DNA of 64,000 nucleotides. Source: Thermoleophilia bacterium. Lineage in GTDB: Bacteria; Actinomycetota; Thermoleophilia; UBA2241. Both the position numbers and the translations under genes were made by a program. Positions 29,347 to 39,025 of the stretch are shown here, piece after piece (position 1 is the stretch's first letter; each line of letters begins with the position of its first letter). The stretch spans positions 1,712-65,711 of the forward strand of contig DASRZL010000126.1 in NCBI GenBank assembly GCA_035686425.1. Reading direction: 5' to 3'. A model generated the notes under the pieces. The model was not told the DNA's origin. It saw only the letters and a list, made by a program, of their open reading frames with translations, and ran no database searches.

Positions 29347-30642
29347 ATGATCCTGTACCTGGACTGCTCGAGCGGCATCAGCGGCGACATGCTGGTCGCC
29401 GCGCTGCTCTCGCTGGCCGGGGCGCGCGAGTCCGACCCCGGCCCCTTCGAGGACCTGCTTCGTCCCACGCTGGCCGCGGCCGGCATCGATCCGCGGCTCG
29501 TACAGATCGAGGACGTGCGCCGCGGCGGCATGGCGGCGCTGGCATTCAGGGTCGCCGACCAGCCGGGCTTCGCTACCTTCGATGAACTCATCATGTCCCT
29601 GTACGCGTCGGACCTCGAGCAGCCGGTCGCCGACGCGGTCGCCTCCATCGCTGAGCGCATGGCCGCCGCGGAGGCGGAGGTGCACGGCCGCGACGAGAAG
29701 CACCTGCACGAGCTGAGCGACGTCGACACGGCCGTCGACCTCATCTGCGCCGCGACTCTGCTGGACAGGCTCGCGCCGGAGCAGGTCGTCGCGTCGCCGC
29801 CCGCGCTCGGCGACGGGGAGATAGAGACCGCGCACGGCCGGCTGAGCGTTCCGGCGCCGGCTGTGCTGTCCCTGGTCGCCGGATTGCCGACGGCCGGGGG
29901 AGCCCCCGCCGTCCCGGCGGGGGGGACGCCGGCCGCCCCGCTCGGAGAGCTCACGACGCCGACCGGCGCCGCCCTGCTCGCCCACTACACGGCGGCCTTC
30001 GGCGGCCTGCCCTCCGGCCGCATCGAGCGCGTCGGCTACGGCGCCGGCCGCCGCGAGGTTCCGGGCCGGCCCAACGTGTTGCGCGCCGTCCTCGTGGACC
30101 CGGCGGCTATGCCGGAGGGGGCCGGCGAGCCGCTCGACGCAGCGCTCGCATCCGCGGCGCCGGCCGGCGCCACGCCTGCGAGCGGGCACGGCGCCGGCGA
30201 CCACGTCGTCATCGAGGCCAACATCGACGACATGACACCGGAGTTGCTCGCGCACGCCGCCGAAGCGCTGCGCGAGACCGGGGCGCTCGACGTGTGGATG
30301 AGCGACGCGCTCATGAAGAAGGGTCGCCCCGGCGTGGTGCTGCACGTGCTCGCCGCGACCGCCGATCGCGAGCGCATCACCGCCGCGATCTTTGCCGAGA
30401 CCACGACCTTCGGCCTCCGCGTCGTGCCCTGCGGCCGCGAGTATGCGGAAGAACGCCGCGAGACGGTCCAGATCGGCAAGCTCAAGGTCGACGTCCGTCT
30501 CAGCTTCGTCGGCGGCAAGCTCGCCACCGTCTCGCCCGAGTACGAGGACGTGCGCCGCGTGGCGGCGACGGTGGGACGGCCCGCAAGGGTCGTCTACGAA
30601 GCCGCGCAGTCGGCTGCCCGCAGCCGTTTCAGCGGCTCCTGA
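29347..30642 (+). CDS. larC: Nickel insertion protein LarC (DUF111, nickel-pincer cofactor biosynthesis)
   Basis: N-terminus MILYLDCSSGISGDM diagnostic of LarC; 431 aa. Confidence 0.8.
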   Translation: MILYLDCSSGISGDMLVAALLSLAGARESDPGPFEDLLRPTLAAAGIDPRLVQIEDVRRGGMAALAFRVADQPGFATFDELIMSLYASDLEQPVADAVASIAERMAAAEAEVHGRDEKHLHELSDVDTAVDLICAATLLDRLAPEQVVASPPALGDGEIETAHGRLSVPAPAVLSLVAGLPTAGGAPAVPAGGTPAAPLGELTTPTGAALLAHYTAAFGGLPSGRIERVGYGAGRREVPGRPNVLRAVLVDPAAMPEGAGEPLDAALASAAPAGATPASGHGAGDHVVIEANIDDMTPELLAHAAEALRETGALDVWMSDALMKKGRPGVVLHVLAATADRERITAAIFAETTTFGLRVVPCGREYAEERRETVQIGKLKVDVRLSFVGGKLATVSPEYEDVRRVAATVGRPARVVYEAAQSAARSRFSGS

Positions 30643-30684
30643 CGGCGCAGTCGGACAGTCCTCCCAGCGCGTACCGCGCCAAAA

Positions 30685-30714
30685 TTGACCCGTTTCTGCG
30701 CAGGCTAGTACAAT
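30685..30714 (+). promoter_or_regulatory. Candidate promoter (TTGACC-N18-TACAAT) upstream of fhs
   Basis: Sequence read directly, about 90 nt upstream of the fhs start. Confidence 0.4.
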
Positions 30715-30805
30715 CGGTCACAAGGTGCCGGCGCGCTGCCCTCTCGGCGTGCGCCGGCTCTCATCAGCGAAACGCGCGGGATAGTGGAGACCAAAGGAGG
30801 ACGCG

Positions 30806-32515
30806 TTGAGTTCGATCAGTCGCAAGTCCCCGGTGCCGAGCGATATCGAGATCGCCCAGGCCGCCACCATGCAGCCCATCCAGGCGATCGCCGAGAAGGC
30901 CGGCATCCTCGAGGACGAGCTGGAGCTCTACGGTCGCTACAAGGCCAAGATCGACTACATGGCCCTGCTCGACCGTCTCAAGGACAAGCCCGACGGCAAG
31001 ATCATCGACGTCACCGCGATCACCCCGACGCCGCTCGGCGAGGGCAAGACCGTCACCGCGGTCGGCCTCTCGGAGAGCATGAACGCCGTCGGCATCGACA
31101 CCATGCTCGCCCTGCGTGAGCCGTCCCTCGGCCCGGTCTTCGGCATCAAGGGCGGCGCGGCCGGCGGCGGCTACTCGCAGCTCATCCCGATGGAGGATCT
31201 CAACCTCCACTTCACCGGTGACATCCACGCCGTCGGCGCCGCCAACAACCTGCTCGCGGCGATGGTCGACAGTCACCTCATGCACGGCAACGAGCTCGAC
31301 ATCGATCCGCTGTCGATCTCGTGGCGCCGCGTCGTGGACCTCAACGACCGCGCCATGCGCGAGATCGTCAACGGTCTCGGCGGCAAGCTGAACGGCATCC
31401 CGCGCCAGACCGGCTATGACATCACCGTCGCCAGCGAGGTCATGGCCATCCTCGGCCTCGCCACCTCGCTCAAGGACCTGCGCGAGCGCCTCGGCCGCAT
31501 CACCTTCGCCTACGACACGTCGGGCAAACCGCTCACCGCCGACGACATCGGCGCCGGCGGCGCCATGACCGTGCTCCTCAAAGACGCCATCAAGCCGAAC
31601 CTCATGCAGACGCTGGAGGGCAACGCGGCGCTCATCCACGCCGGTCCGTTCGCGAACATCGCCCAGGGCAACAACTCCATCATCGCCGACAAGGTCGCCA
31701 TGAAGCTCAGCGACTACGTCGTCACCGAGAGCGGCTTCGCCGCCGACCTGGGCGCCGAGAAGTTCATGGACATCATCTGCCGCTACGGCGGCTTCGCGCC
31801 GAGCGCCGTGGTCATCACGTGCACCATGCGCGCCCTCAAGATGCACGGCGGCTTGCCGGTCAACCCCGAGCTGCTCAAGGAAGAGAACAACGAGGCCCTC
31901 TCAAAGGGCTGCGAGAACCTCGCCAAGCAGATCGAGAACATGAAGTACTTCGGTGTGCCGGTCGTGGTGACGATCAACCGGTTCGCGTTCGACCGCGACG
32001 CCGAGATCGAGATCGTGCGCAAGGCTGCGATCGAGGCCGGCGCCGAGGACGCAGTGCCGATCAACGTCCATGCGATGGGCGGCGACGGCGGTCAGGAGGC
32101 GGCCGAGGTCGTCAAGGCGGCCGCCGACAAGGGCGGGGACTTCCAGTTCCTGTATCCGCTCGAGGCCTCCATCAAGGAGAAGATCGAGACCATCGCCACC
32201 AAGATCTACGGCGCCGACGGCGTGGACTACCTGCCCGAGGCCGAGGCCAAGATCAAGCAGTTCACCGAGCAGGGTCTGGACAAGCTGCCGCTCTGCATGG
32301 CGAAGACGCACCTGTCGCTGAGCCACGACCCGGCGCTCAAGGGCCGTCCGCGAGGCTTCCGCGTGCCGATCCGCGACATCCGTCCCGCCACCGGCGCCGG
32401 GTACCTGTACCCGCTGCTCGGCGAGATGCGCACCATGCCCGGCCTGGCCAAGCGGCCGGCCGCCGTCGACGTCGACATCGACGTCGAGACCGGCCGGATC
32501 ATCGGCCTGTTCTGA
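30806..32515 (+). CDS. fhs: Formate--tetrahydrofolate ligase
   Basis: SDIEIAQ...PTPLGEGKTVT...signature, 569 aa; TTG start. Confidence 0.9.
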   Translation: MSSISRKSPVPSDIEIAQAATMQPIQAIAEKAGILEDELELYGRYKAKIDYMALLDRLKDKPDGKIIDVTAITPTPLGEGKTVTAVGLSESMNAVGIDTMLALREPSLGPVFGIKGGAAGGGYSQLIPMEDLNLHFTGDIHAVGAANNLLAAMVDSHLMHGNELDIDPLSISWRRVVDLNDRAMREIVNGLGGKLNGIPRQTGYDITVASEVMAILGLATSLKDLRERLGRITFAYDTSGKPLTADDIGAGGAMTVLLKDAIKPNLMQTLEGNAALIHAGPFANIAQGNNSIIADKVAMKLSDYVVTESGFAADLGAEKFMDIICRYGGFAPSAVVITCTMRALKMHGGLPVNPELLKEENNEALSKGCENLAKQIENMKYFGVPVVVTINRFAFDRDAEIEIVRKAAIEAGAEDAVPINVHAMGGDGGQEAAEVVKAAADKGGDFQFLYPLEASIKEKIETIATKIYGADGVDYLPEAEAKIKQFTEQGLDKLPLCMAKTHLSLSHDPALKGRPRGFRVPIRDIRPATGAGYLYPLLGEMRTMPGLAKRPAAVDVDIDVETGRIIGLF

Positions 32516-32665
32516 GAACCTGAAGGAGCGACCCCGGGGCGCCGGCCGCCATGCGGCGCCGGCGCCCCGCGGAGCCCTTCTGGGCTCCGCTTCGACCGGC
32601 GACTCGTCCGGCCTGCCGGTCGCTCCCCGTCCGCGGCGCCCCGCGCGCCGCGCTGGAGGTACACG

Positions 32666-33307
32666 GTGAGCGACGGTCCCACCATCTACGCATCCGAGCC
32701 CCTGCAGGTCTACCTCGACGACGCCGCCAGCAAGAAGCCGGCGCCGGGCGGCGGCAGCGTGTCGGCCTGTGTCGGCGCCCTCGGCGCCGCGCTCGTCGCC
32801 ATGGTCTGCAATCTCACCCAAGGACGTGAGAAGTTCGCCGACGTCGAGACCGAGATCGTCGCCCTGGTCGGCCAGGCCGACGACGCCCGCGCGCGCCTTG
32901 AGCAGCTCCTCCAGGACGACACCACGGCGTACAACGGCGTCATCGCCGCCTTCAAGATGCCCAAGGACACCGACGAGGAGAAGGCCGCCCGCAAGGCCGC
33001 GGTGCAGGCCGGCCTCGTCGTCGCCGCAGACGTCCCGCTCGAGATCTGCCGCGTGGCCGTGGACGTGTGTCGCCTCGCGAAGGTCGCCGCCGAGCTCGGC
33101 AACCCGCAGGCGGTCACCGACGCCGGCATCGGCGCCATCCTCGGAGAGGCGGCCGTGGTCGGCGCCGCGCTCAACGTGCGCATCAACCTCGGCTCCATCG
33201 AGGACTGCGACTACACCCTGGCCGCCGCGGCGGAGATCGACAAGATCGAGGCCGAGGCCGCGGCGCTCCGTGCCGAGGTCCTCGCCATCACGCTCTCCAA
33301 GCTCTGA
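32666..33307 (+). CDS. fchA: Methenyltetrahydrofolate cyclohydrolase (FchA / formiminotransferase-cyclodeaminase family)
   Basis: Cyclodeaminase/cyclohydrolase fold (GGGSVSA...NLT), about 213 aa. Confidence 0.7.
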   Translation: MSDGPTIYASEPLQVYLDDAASKKPAPGGGSVSACVGALGAALVAMVCNLTQGREKFADVETEIVALVGQADDARARLEQLLQDDTTAYNGVIAAFKMPKDTDEEKAARKAAVQAGLVVAADVPLEICRVAVDVCRLAKVAAELGNPQAVTDAGIGAILGEAAVVGAALNVRINLGSIEDCDYTLAAAAEIDKIEAEAAALRAEVLAITLSKL

Positions 33308-33340
33308 TCACCCCTGACGACCGTAAACGAGAGGGAAGCC

Positions 33341-34204
33341 ATGGCAGCTCAGATCATCGACGGCAAGGCGATCGCCGAGCAGGTCCGCGAGGAGATCAAG
33401 TCCGAGGTCGCGGAGCTCGCGACCTCCGGCGTCACGCCCGGCGTCGCGACGATCCTCGTCGGCGAGGACGGCGGCGCGCAGTTCTATCGCGGCCAGATCG
33501 AGAAGAACACCGGTACGGTGGGCTTCAACTACTTCAGTCACGTGCTCCCGGCCGCCGCGAGCGAGGCTGAGGTCCTCGATCTCATCGCCAAGCTCAACGC
33601 CGACCCGAGCGTACACGGCATTCTCGCGCTCATGCCGATGGACGCCGACATCGACCAGAACACCGTGTTCAACGCGATCGCTCCCGAGAAGGACCTCGAC
33701 TGCGTGAACCCGGCCAACATCGGCCACGTGCTGCTCGGCGACCAGCTGTTCGCGCCGGCCACGCCGAGCGCCTGCATCGAGATCCTCGACCGCGAGGGCA
33801 TCGAGCTGTGTCCCGGCGGCAAGGGTCTCAACGTGACTATCGTGAATCACTCCAACATCGTCGGGAAGCCGGTGGCGCTGCTCTGCCTCAACCGCAACGC
33901 CTCGGTCCACGTGGTCCACGTGTTCAGCAAGGACGTGCCCGCCGCCTGCCGTGAGGCCGACGTGCTCATCTGCGCCGCTCCGGTGCAGAACCTCATCAAG
34001 GCCGACATGGTCAAGCCGGGCGCCGTGGTCATCGACGTCACGACCATCCGCGTCGACGGCAAGCAGGTCGGCTCCCTCGAGTTCGAGGCTGTGTGCGAGG
34101 TCGCCGGCCGCGTCACACCGGTCCCCGGAGGCGTCGGCCCGGTCACCAACGTCATCCTGCTCAAGAACGCCCTCGCCGCCTGCAAGGCGCAGACGGCCGG
34201 CTGA
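33341..34204 (+). CDS. folD: Bifunctional methylenetetrahydrofolate dehydrogenase/methenyl-THF cyclohydrolase
   Basis: MAAQIIDGKAIA..., PGGVGPVT C-terminal motif. Confidence 0.9.
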   Translation: MAAQIIDGKAIAEQVREEIKSEVAELATSGVTPGVATILVGEDGGAQFYRGQIEKNTGTVGFNYFSHVLPAAASEAEVLDLIAKLNADPSVHGILALMPMDADIDQNTVFNAIAPEKDLDCVNPANIGHVLLGDQLFAPATPSACIEILDREGIELCPGGKGLNVTIVNHSNIVGKPVALLCLNRNASVHVVHVFSKDVPAACREADVLICAAPVQNLIKADMVKPGAVVIDVTTIRVDGKQVGSLEFEAVCEVAGRVTPVPGGVGPVTNVILLKNALAACKAQTAG

Positions 34205-34372
34205 TCGCGGGGCCGGCGGCGGGCGCGGCGGCCCTCCGGGCCGCGCTACCCGCCGCCGGCCAAGTATGCTTCACTGAATCCAGACTGAAGACGCAGATGG
34301 GAAGGAGGGCGGCCGGACTGGTGCGCCATGGCCGCCCGACGAACGCGGAAGTGCGAAGGTGGAGTTGATGTG

Positions 34373-34924
34373 ATGCCCAGCCCAGCAGTGCCCTCCAAGC
34401 CTGCCGCGACCGGGGGAGGAGCCCCCGGGGCGGACGTCGACCTCGAGCAGGTCCAGACGCTCGTCGCGGAGATCGACCCCCACGGCAACCTGATCGCGCT
34501 GCTGCAGCGCGCCCAGGCTGTCTTCGGCTATCTGCCGGAGCCGGTCGTCGACGAGATCGCCCGGCTGAGCGGCGTCCCGGCCTCGCGCATCTACGGCATC
34601 ATCACCTTCTACGCCCAATTCTCCACGGTCCCCAGCGGGCGGCACAAGATCTTCGTCTGTCACGGTACAGCCTGTCACGTGGCCGGCGCGACGCGCATCA
34701 CCGAGGCGCTCGAGCAGGAGCTCGAGGTCGGCGACGGCGAGACCACGGCCGACAGGGAGTTCACGCTCGGCTCGGTCGCCTGCATGGGCGCCTGCTCGCA
34801 GGCGCCCGTCATGCGCGTCGAAGAAGAGACCTACGGCAACCTCAGCGCCGACGAGACGCGGAAGATCGCGCGCAAGCTCCTGGCCGAGGTGCTCGAGGAG
34901 CGCGGGGGCGATGGCGATGCCTGA
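34373..34924 (+). CDS. NuoE/HoxE-like 2Fe-2S thioredoxin-like subunit of a NAD(P)H-dependent diaphorase
   Basis: CHGTAC...C...C 2Fe-2S motif (VCHGTACHVAG, ACMGACSQAP); overlaps the NuoF-like gene. Confidence 0.75.
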   Translation: MPSPAVPSKPAATGGGAPGADVDLEQVQTLVAEIDPHGNLIALLQRAQAVFGYLPEPVVDEIARLSGVPASRIYGIITFYAQFSTVPSGRHKIFVCHGTACHVAGATRITEALEQELEVGDGETTADREFTLGSVACMGACSQAPVMRVEEETYGNLSADETRKIARKLLAEVLEERGGDGDA

Positions 34925-36809
34925 GGTCACCCCAGCGCCCGCCGAGGGCGTCAAGGTCGGCGTCTCCACCGGCGCGGACGGCCGGCGGCGCGTCTCGGTG
35001 TGCGCCGGCACCGCCTGCGTCTTCGCCGGCTCCATGAAGATCCACGACGCCTTCGTCGCCGAGATCGCCGAGGCTGGGCTCCAGGACGAGGTCGAGGTCG
35101 GCATCATCGGCTGTCATGGCCTCTGCTCCCAGGGTCCGCTGGCGGTGGCCTCGGACGGAGACACGTATTACCCGCGCCTCAAGCTCAAGAACGTGAAGAC
35201 GATCGTCGAGGAGCACCTCGTCGGCGGCGCGGTCGTGGAGAAGCTCCTGTACACCGACCCCGCGACCGGGGAGCGTATCGCCTGCGCCCACGACATCCCC
35301 TTCTACAAGGCGCAGACGCGTGTCGCGCTGCGCAACGTCGGCGTCATCGACCCGGAGAGCCTGGACGAGTACCTGGCGCGCGGTGGCTACGAGGCCGCGC
35401 GCAAGGCGCTCACGACGATGGAGCCGGAGGAGATCGTCCAGATGGTGCTGGACTCCGGGCTGCGCGGCCGGGGCGGCGCCGGGTTCCCGACGGGCATGAA
35501 GTGGAAGTTCGCGGCCGCCTCGCCGGGTGAGGTCAAGTACATCATCTGCAACGGGGACGAGGGCGACCCCGGCGCGTTCATGGACGCCTCCATCATGGAC
35601 GGCGATCCGCACGCTGTGCTGGAGGGCATGCTGATCGGCAGCTACGCCATCGGCGCCCACGAGGGCTACATCTACGTGCGCGCCGAGTATCCGCTCGCCG
35701 TCAAGCGCCTGCGCCTCGCCATCGCCGCAGCTGAGGAGCGCGGACTGCTGGGCGACGACGCGCTCGGCAGCGGCTGGGACTTCAAGCTCAGGATCAAGGA
35801 GGGCGCCGGAGCCTTCGTCTGCGGCGAGGAGACGGCGCTCATCGCCTCCATCGAGGGCAAGCGCGGCATGCCGCGCACGCGGCCGCCGTTCCCTGCGGTC
35901 TCGGGCCTCTGGGGCAAGCCGACGAACATCAACAACGTCGAGACGTGGGCCAACGTGTCCTGGATCGTCGCCAGCGGGCCGGCCGCCTACGCCTGCCACG
36001 GGAGCGACGCGTGCAAGGGCACCAAGGCCTTCAGCCTCGCCGGCAAGATCGTCAACGGCGGCCTCGCCGAGGTGCCGATGGGCTCCACGCTACGGCACGT
36101 CATCTTCGACGTCGGCGGCGGCATCAAGGACGGCAAGCAGTTCAAGGCCGTGCAGCTGGGTGGCCCGTCCGGCGGGTGCGTGCCGGCGAGCCTCCTCGAC
36201 ACGCCGGTCGACTACGAGAGCCTGGCCGCGACCGGCGCCATCATGGGCTCCGGCGGCATGGTGGTCGCCGACGACACCACGTGCATGGTCGATCTCGCGA
36301 GGTACTTCCTGCAGTTCACCCAGAACGAGAGCTGCGGCAAGTGCGTCCCCTGCCGCCTCGGCACCAAACGCATGCTCGAGATCCTCGAGCGCATCTGCGC
36401 CGGTGAGGGGGAGGAGGGCGACGTCGAGCGCCTCGAGAAGCTGGCCGTCACCATCAAGAAGACCAGCCTCTGCGGCCTCGGCCAGACGGCGCCCAACCCA
36501 GTGCTCACGACCATCCGCTACTTCCGCGACGAGTATCGGGCCCACATCGACGACCGCCGCTGCCCCGCGCTCTCGTGCGAATCGCTCATCGCCTACTCCA
36601 TCGATCCGGAGGCCTGCACCGGCTGCACGTTGTGCGCCAAGAAGTGCCCGGTCGAGGCCGCGACCGGCGAGAAGAAGCAGGTCCACACCATCGACCAGGC
36701 GCTCTGCATCCGCTGCGACGCCTGCCGCGTCGCCTGCAAGTTCGACGCGGTCAAGGTCGTGAGCGGGCCGGAAGAGATCGCCGCGGCGGTGCGGGCGCAG
36801 AGCGCCTGA
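34911..36809 (+). CDS. NuoF/HoxF-like flavoprotein (FMN, NAD(H)-binding, SLBB, 4Fe-4S) with N-terminal 2Fe-2S domain and C-terminal 2x[4Fe-4S] ferredoxin domain
   Basis: GRGGAGFPTG FMN motif, CGKCVPCR N3 cluster motif, C-terminal CTGCTLCAKKCP and CIRCDACRVAC. Confidence 0.85.
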   Translation: MAMPEVTPAPAEGVKVGVSTGADGRRRVSVCAGTACVFAGSMKIHDAFVAEIAEAGLQDEVEVGIIGCHGLCSQGPLAVASDGDTYYPRLKLKNVKTIVEEHLVGGAVVEKLLYTDPATGERIACAHDIPFYKAQTRVALRNVGVIDPESLDEYLARGGYEAARKALTTMEPEEIVQMVLDSGLRGRGGAGFPTGMKWKFAAASPGEVKYIICNGDEGDPGAFMDASIMDGDPHAVLEGMLIGSYAIGAHEGYIYVRAEYPLAVKRLRLAIAAAEERGLLGDDALGSGWDFKLRIKEGAGAFVCGEETALIASIEGKRGMPRTRPPFPAVSGLWGKPTNINNVETWANVSWIVASGPAAYACHGSDACKGTKAFSLAGKIVNGGLAEVPMGSTLRHVIFDVGGGIKDGKQFKAVQLGGPSGGCVPASLLDTPVDYESLAATGAIMGSGGMVVADDTTCMVDLARYFLQFTQNESCGKCVPCRLGTKRMLEILERICAGEGEEGDVERLEKLAVTIKKTSLCGLGQTAPNPVLTTIRYFRDEYRAHIDDRRCPALSCESLIAYSIDPEACTGCTLCAKKCPVEAATGEKKQVHTIDQALCIRCDACRVACKFDAVKVVSGPEEIAAAVRAQSA

Positions 36810-36828
36810 CGTCTTGAGACTCGCGCCT

Positions 36829-36872
36829 TCGGGCCCGGCGATGCCGTCACGGCGTCGCCGGGCCCTATGCGT
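36829..36872 (+). terminator. Rho-independent terminator-like hairpin after the NuoF-like gene
   Basis: GGGCCCGGCGATGCC-N-GGCGTCGCCGGGCCC inverted repeat followed by TATGCGTCTTTACT. Confidence 0.5.
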
Positions 36873-37056
36873 CTTTACTGCGCGGACCCCTTGCCTTCCG
36901 GCATTCCTTGCGCATATCTTTCGCTCGGTGATCAATCTGCGTCACGATCGATACCGCGGACCGAGGGGGTGGACCACACAGCGACAGTCGTGAGAACCAG
37001 TAGTAAGCGGATTGTCGCCGGGGCACGGCCGGGAGTCCGCCAACAAGGGGGGTAGT

Positions 37057-38682
37057 GTGGCAGAAGAACTCGCTTTCGCACGAAAGGCCAGCGGCCTGGT
37101 CCGCGGCCTCTCCATGACCGACGCCATCGCCGTCGGCATGATGAACCAGGGCATCACGCCCAGCATCTGGACGATGATCACCTGGGGCCTCGGCACCTAC
37201 CTGACCGGTAACCTGCTCTGGGCCAGCATCATCTCGCTCGTGCTCGTCGGCTTCGGCTTCCCGCTCGTCTGGGGCGTGCTCTCCGGGAGCATGCCGCGCT
37301 CGGGCGGTGAGTACATCTACAACTCGCGCATCATCCACCCGATCGTCGGCATCGCCGAGAGCTTCGGCAACGCCTTCGTGATGATCTTCTGGGTCTACAT
37401 CCTGGCGCCGTGGATCGCCGACCCCGGGCTCGTGATCTTCGCCGAGTACCAGGGCTGGACCTGGCTCTACGACTCGGCCACCGGAGCCTTCTTCGGCGGC
37501 CTCTCTTACGACTGGGGCGTGTTCGTCGTCGCCACCGTCTCCAACATCATCGCCTTCTTCACGGTCGTCTTCGGCATGAAGATCTTCGCCACCGTGCAGA
37601 AGACGATCATGGGCTTCGCCCTCGGCGGCGCCGCCGTGGTCACCGGGGCGATCATGTTCAGCAGCAAGGACGGCTTCGCCGAGAAGTGGGACGCGATCGC
37701 CGCCCAGTACGACTCGCTCGCCTACTCCGAGGTCGTGCCCGCGGTGTCGGCCGCCATCGGCGAGGCGGTGCCGACGAGCTCGACCTTCTACGGCACCCTC
37801 GGCGTCATGGTCGCCGGCTCGTGGCTGTTCGCCTACGCCTACTTCTGCGTCTTCGTCGCCGGCGAGGTCAAGCGCCCCGACAAGACGCTGATCACGGCCA
37901 ACTTCATCGCCATCCTGATCCCCGCCTGCTTCATGATCTGGACGGCGCTGGCGATGTACCGGACGATGCCCTTCGACTTCATCTCGGCGACCGCCTGGAT
38001 CGACAACAACGGCGGCATCGAGGGCTACAACCTGCCCTACCTGCCGAGTTACATGAGCCTCGCCTACATCGCCCACTCGAACTGGTTCATCGCCCTGGCG
38101 GCGAGCGGTTCCTACATCCTCTTCACCTTCTGGTATCTCTCGCTCAGCTACCTCGCCTTCCCGCGCATCATCTTCGCCTGGGGCATGGACCGCATGGGTC
38201 CCAAGTGGTTCACCTCGATCAACCCGCGGTGGGCGAGCCCGGTGAAGAACTACATCCTCTGCTTCGTCCTCTGCCAGGGTGCGATCGCGCTCTACACCTT
38301 CTGGCTGGGCAGCTACATGCAGGGCCTCACCGTGACCGGCATGGAGATCGTCTCGGTCTGGGGCGTGACCACCATCGCCGCGCTCATCTTCCCCTACGTG
38401 AAGCGCGCCAAGGGCATCTGGGAGTCCTCGCCCTACCGCACCTGGAAGTTCCTCGGCGTGCCGCTCGTCTCCTGGGGCGCCCTGGCTTCTCTGGTCTACC
38501 TGGGCATCCTCTTCTACTTCCTCATCTTCACCGAGGAGATGAAGGACTCCAACGGCCAGTCGTGGATCCTCTACGGCATCGTCTGGATCATCGGTATCCT
38601 CTGGTACTTCTTCTGGGCGGCGCGCAGCAAGAGCGTCGGCGTCGACGTCGGTATGACCTACGGGGAGCTGCCGCCGGAGTGA
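37057..38682 (+). CDS. APC superfamily amino acid/polyamine transporter
   Basis: About 540 aa, 12+ TM helices; GTG start chosen by homology with paralog start MAEELAFARKASGLVRGLSM. Confidence 0.7.
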   Translation: MAEELAFARKASGLVRGLSMTDAIAVGMMNQGITPSIWTMITWGLGTYLTGNLLWASIISLVLVGFGFPLVWGVLSGSMPRSGGEYIYNSRIIHPIVGIAESFGNAFVMIFWVYILAPWIADPGLVIFAEYQGWTWLYDSATGAFFGGLSYDWGVFVVATVSNIIAFFTVVFGMKIFATVQKTIMGFALGGAAVVTGAIMFSSKDGFAEKWDAIAAQYDSLAYSEVVPAVSAAIGEAVPTSSTFYGTLGVMVAGSWLFAYAYFCVFVAGEVKRPDKTLITANFIAILIPACFMIWTALAMYRTMPFDFISATAWIDNNGGIEGYNLPYLPSYMSLAYIAHSNWFIALAASGSYILFTFWYLSLSYLAFPRIIFAWGMDRMGPKWFTSINPRWASPVKNYILCFVLCQGAIALYTFWLGSYMQGLTVTGMEIVSVWGVTTIAALIFPYVKRAKGIWESSPYRTWKFLGVPLVSWGALASLVYLGILFYFLIFTEEMKDSNGQSWILYGIVWIIGILWYFFWAARSKSVGVDVGMTYGELPPE

Positions 38683-38731
38683 TGCTCTCGCGCCACCACC
38701 ACCCCGTCGCCGACGCGGCGACGTGAGACCG

Positions 38732-38769
38732 CTCCGGGGCGGCGCGCCAAGAGGCGCGCCGCCCCGGAG
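38732..38769 (+). terminator. Terminator-like perfect hairpin after first APC permease
   Basis: CTCCGGGGCGGCGCGCC-AAGAG-GGCGCGCCGCCCCGGAG. Confidence 0.5.
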
Positions 38770-39025
38770 CTTCCTGGCGGGACCCTGCCGGCCGCGTCAC
38801 GCGGATTCGGCGCGTGCAGTCCCCCGACTTTCGGCCGAACGACCGAAACGACCCGTGTGGGGAGGCCCTGCTCGGTGCTGGGCCGAGTCTACGCCGTATG
38901 TGGGATTCGGCAGGCTACGAACGTCGTTGATTGCCGAATCCGACACACCTTTCGCAAGCCTTGACATTTTCCGACTCTAGGTATCGAAATATACCTACGA
39001 ATGGGCCTGACCAGGAGGGGTCGCG

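Noticed and set aside
34373-36809. NuoE/NuoF-like pair as part of respiratory complex I
   Set aside because: No other nuo genes are adjacent. The NuoF-like protein carries extra N-terminal 2Fe-2S and C-terminal 2x[4Fe-4S] domains characteristic of soluble hydrogenase/formate-dehydrogenase diaphorase modules, not of complex I NuoF.
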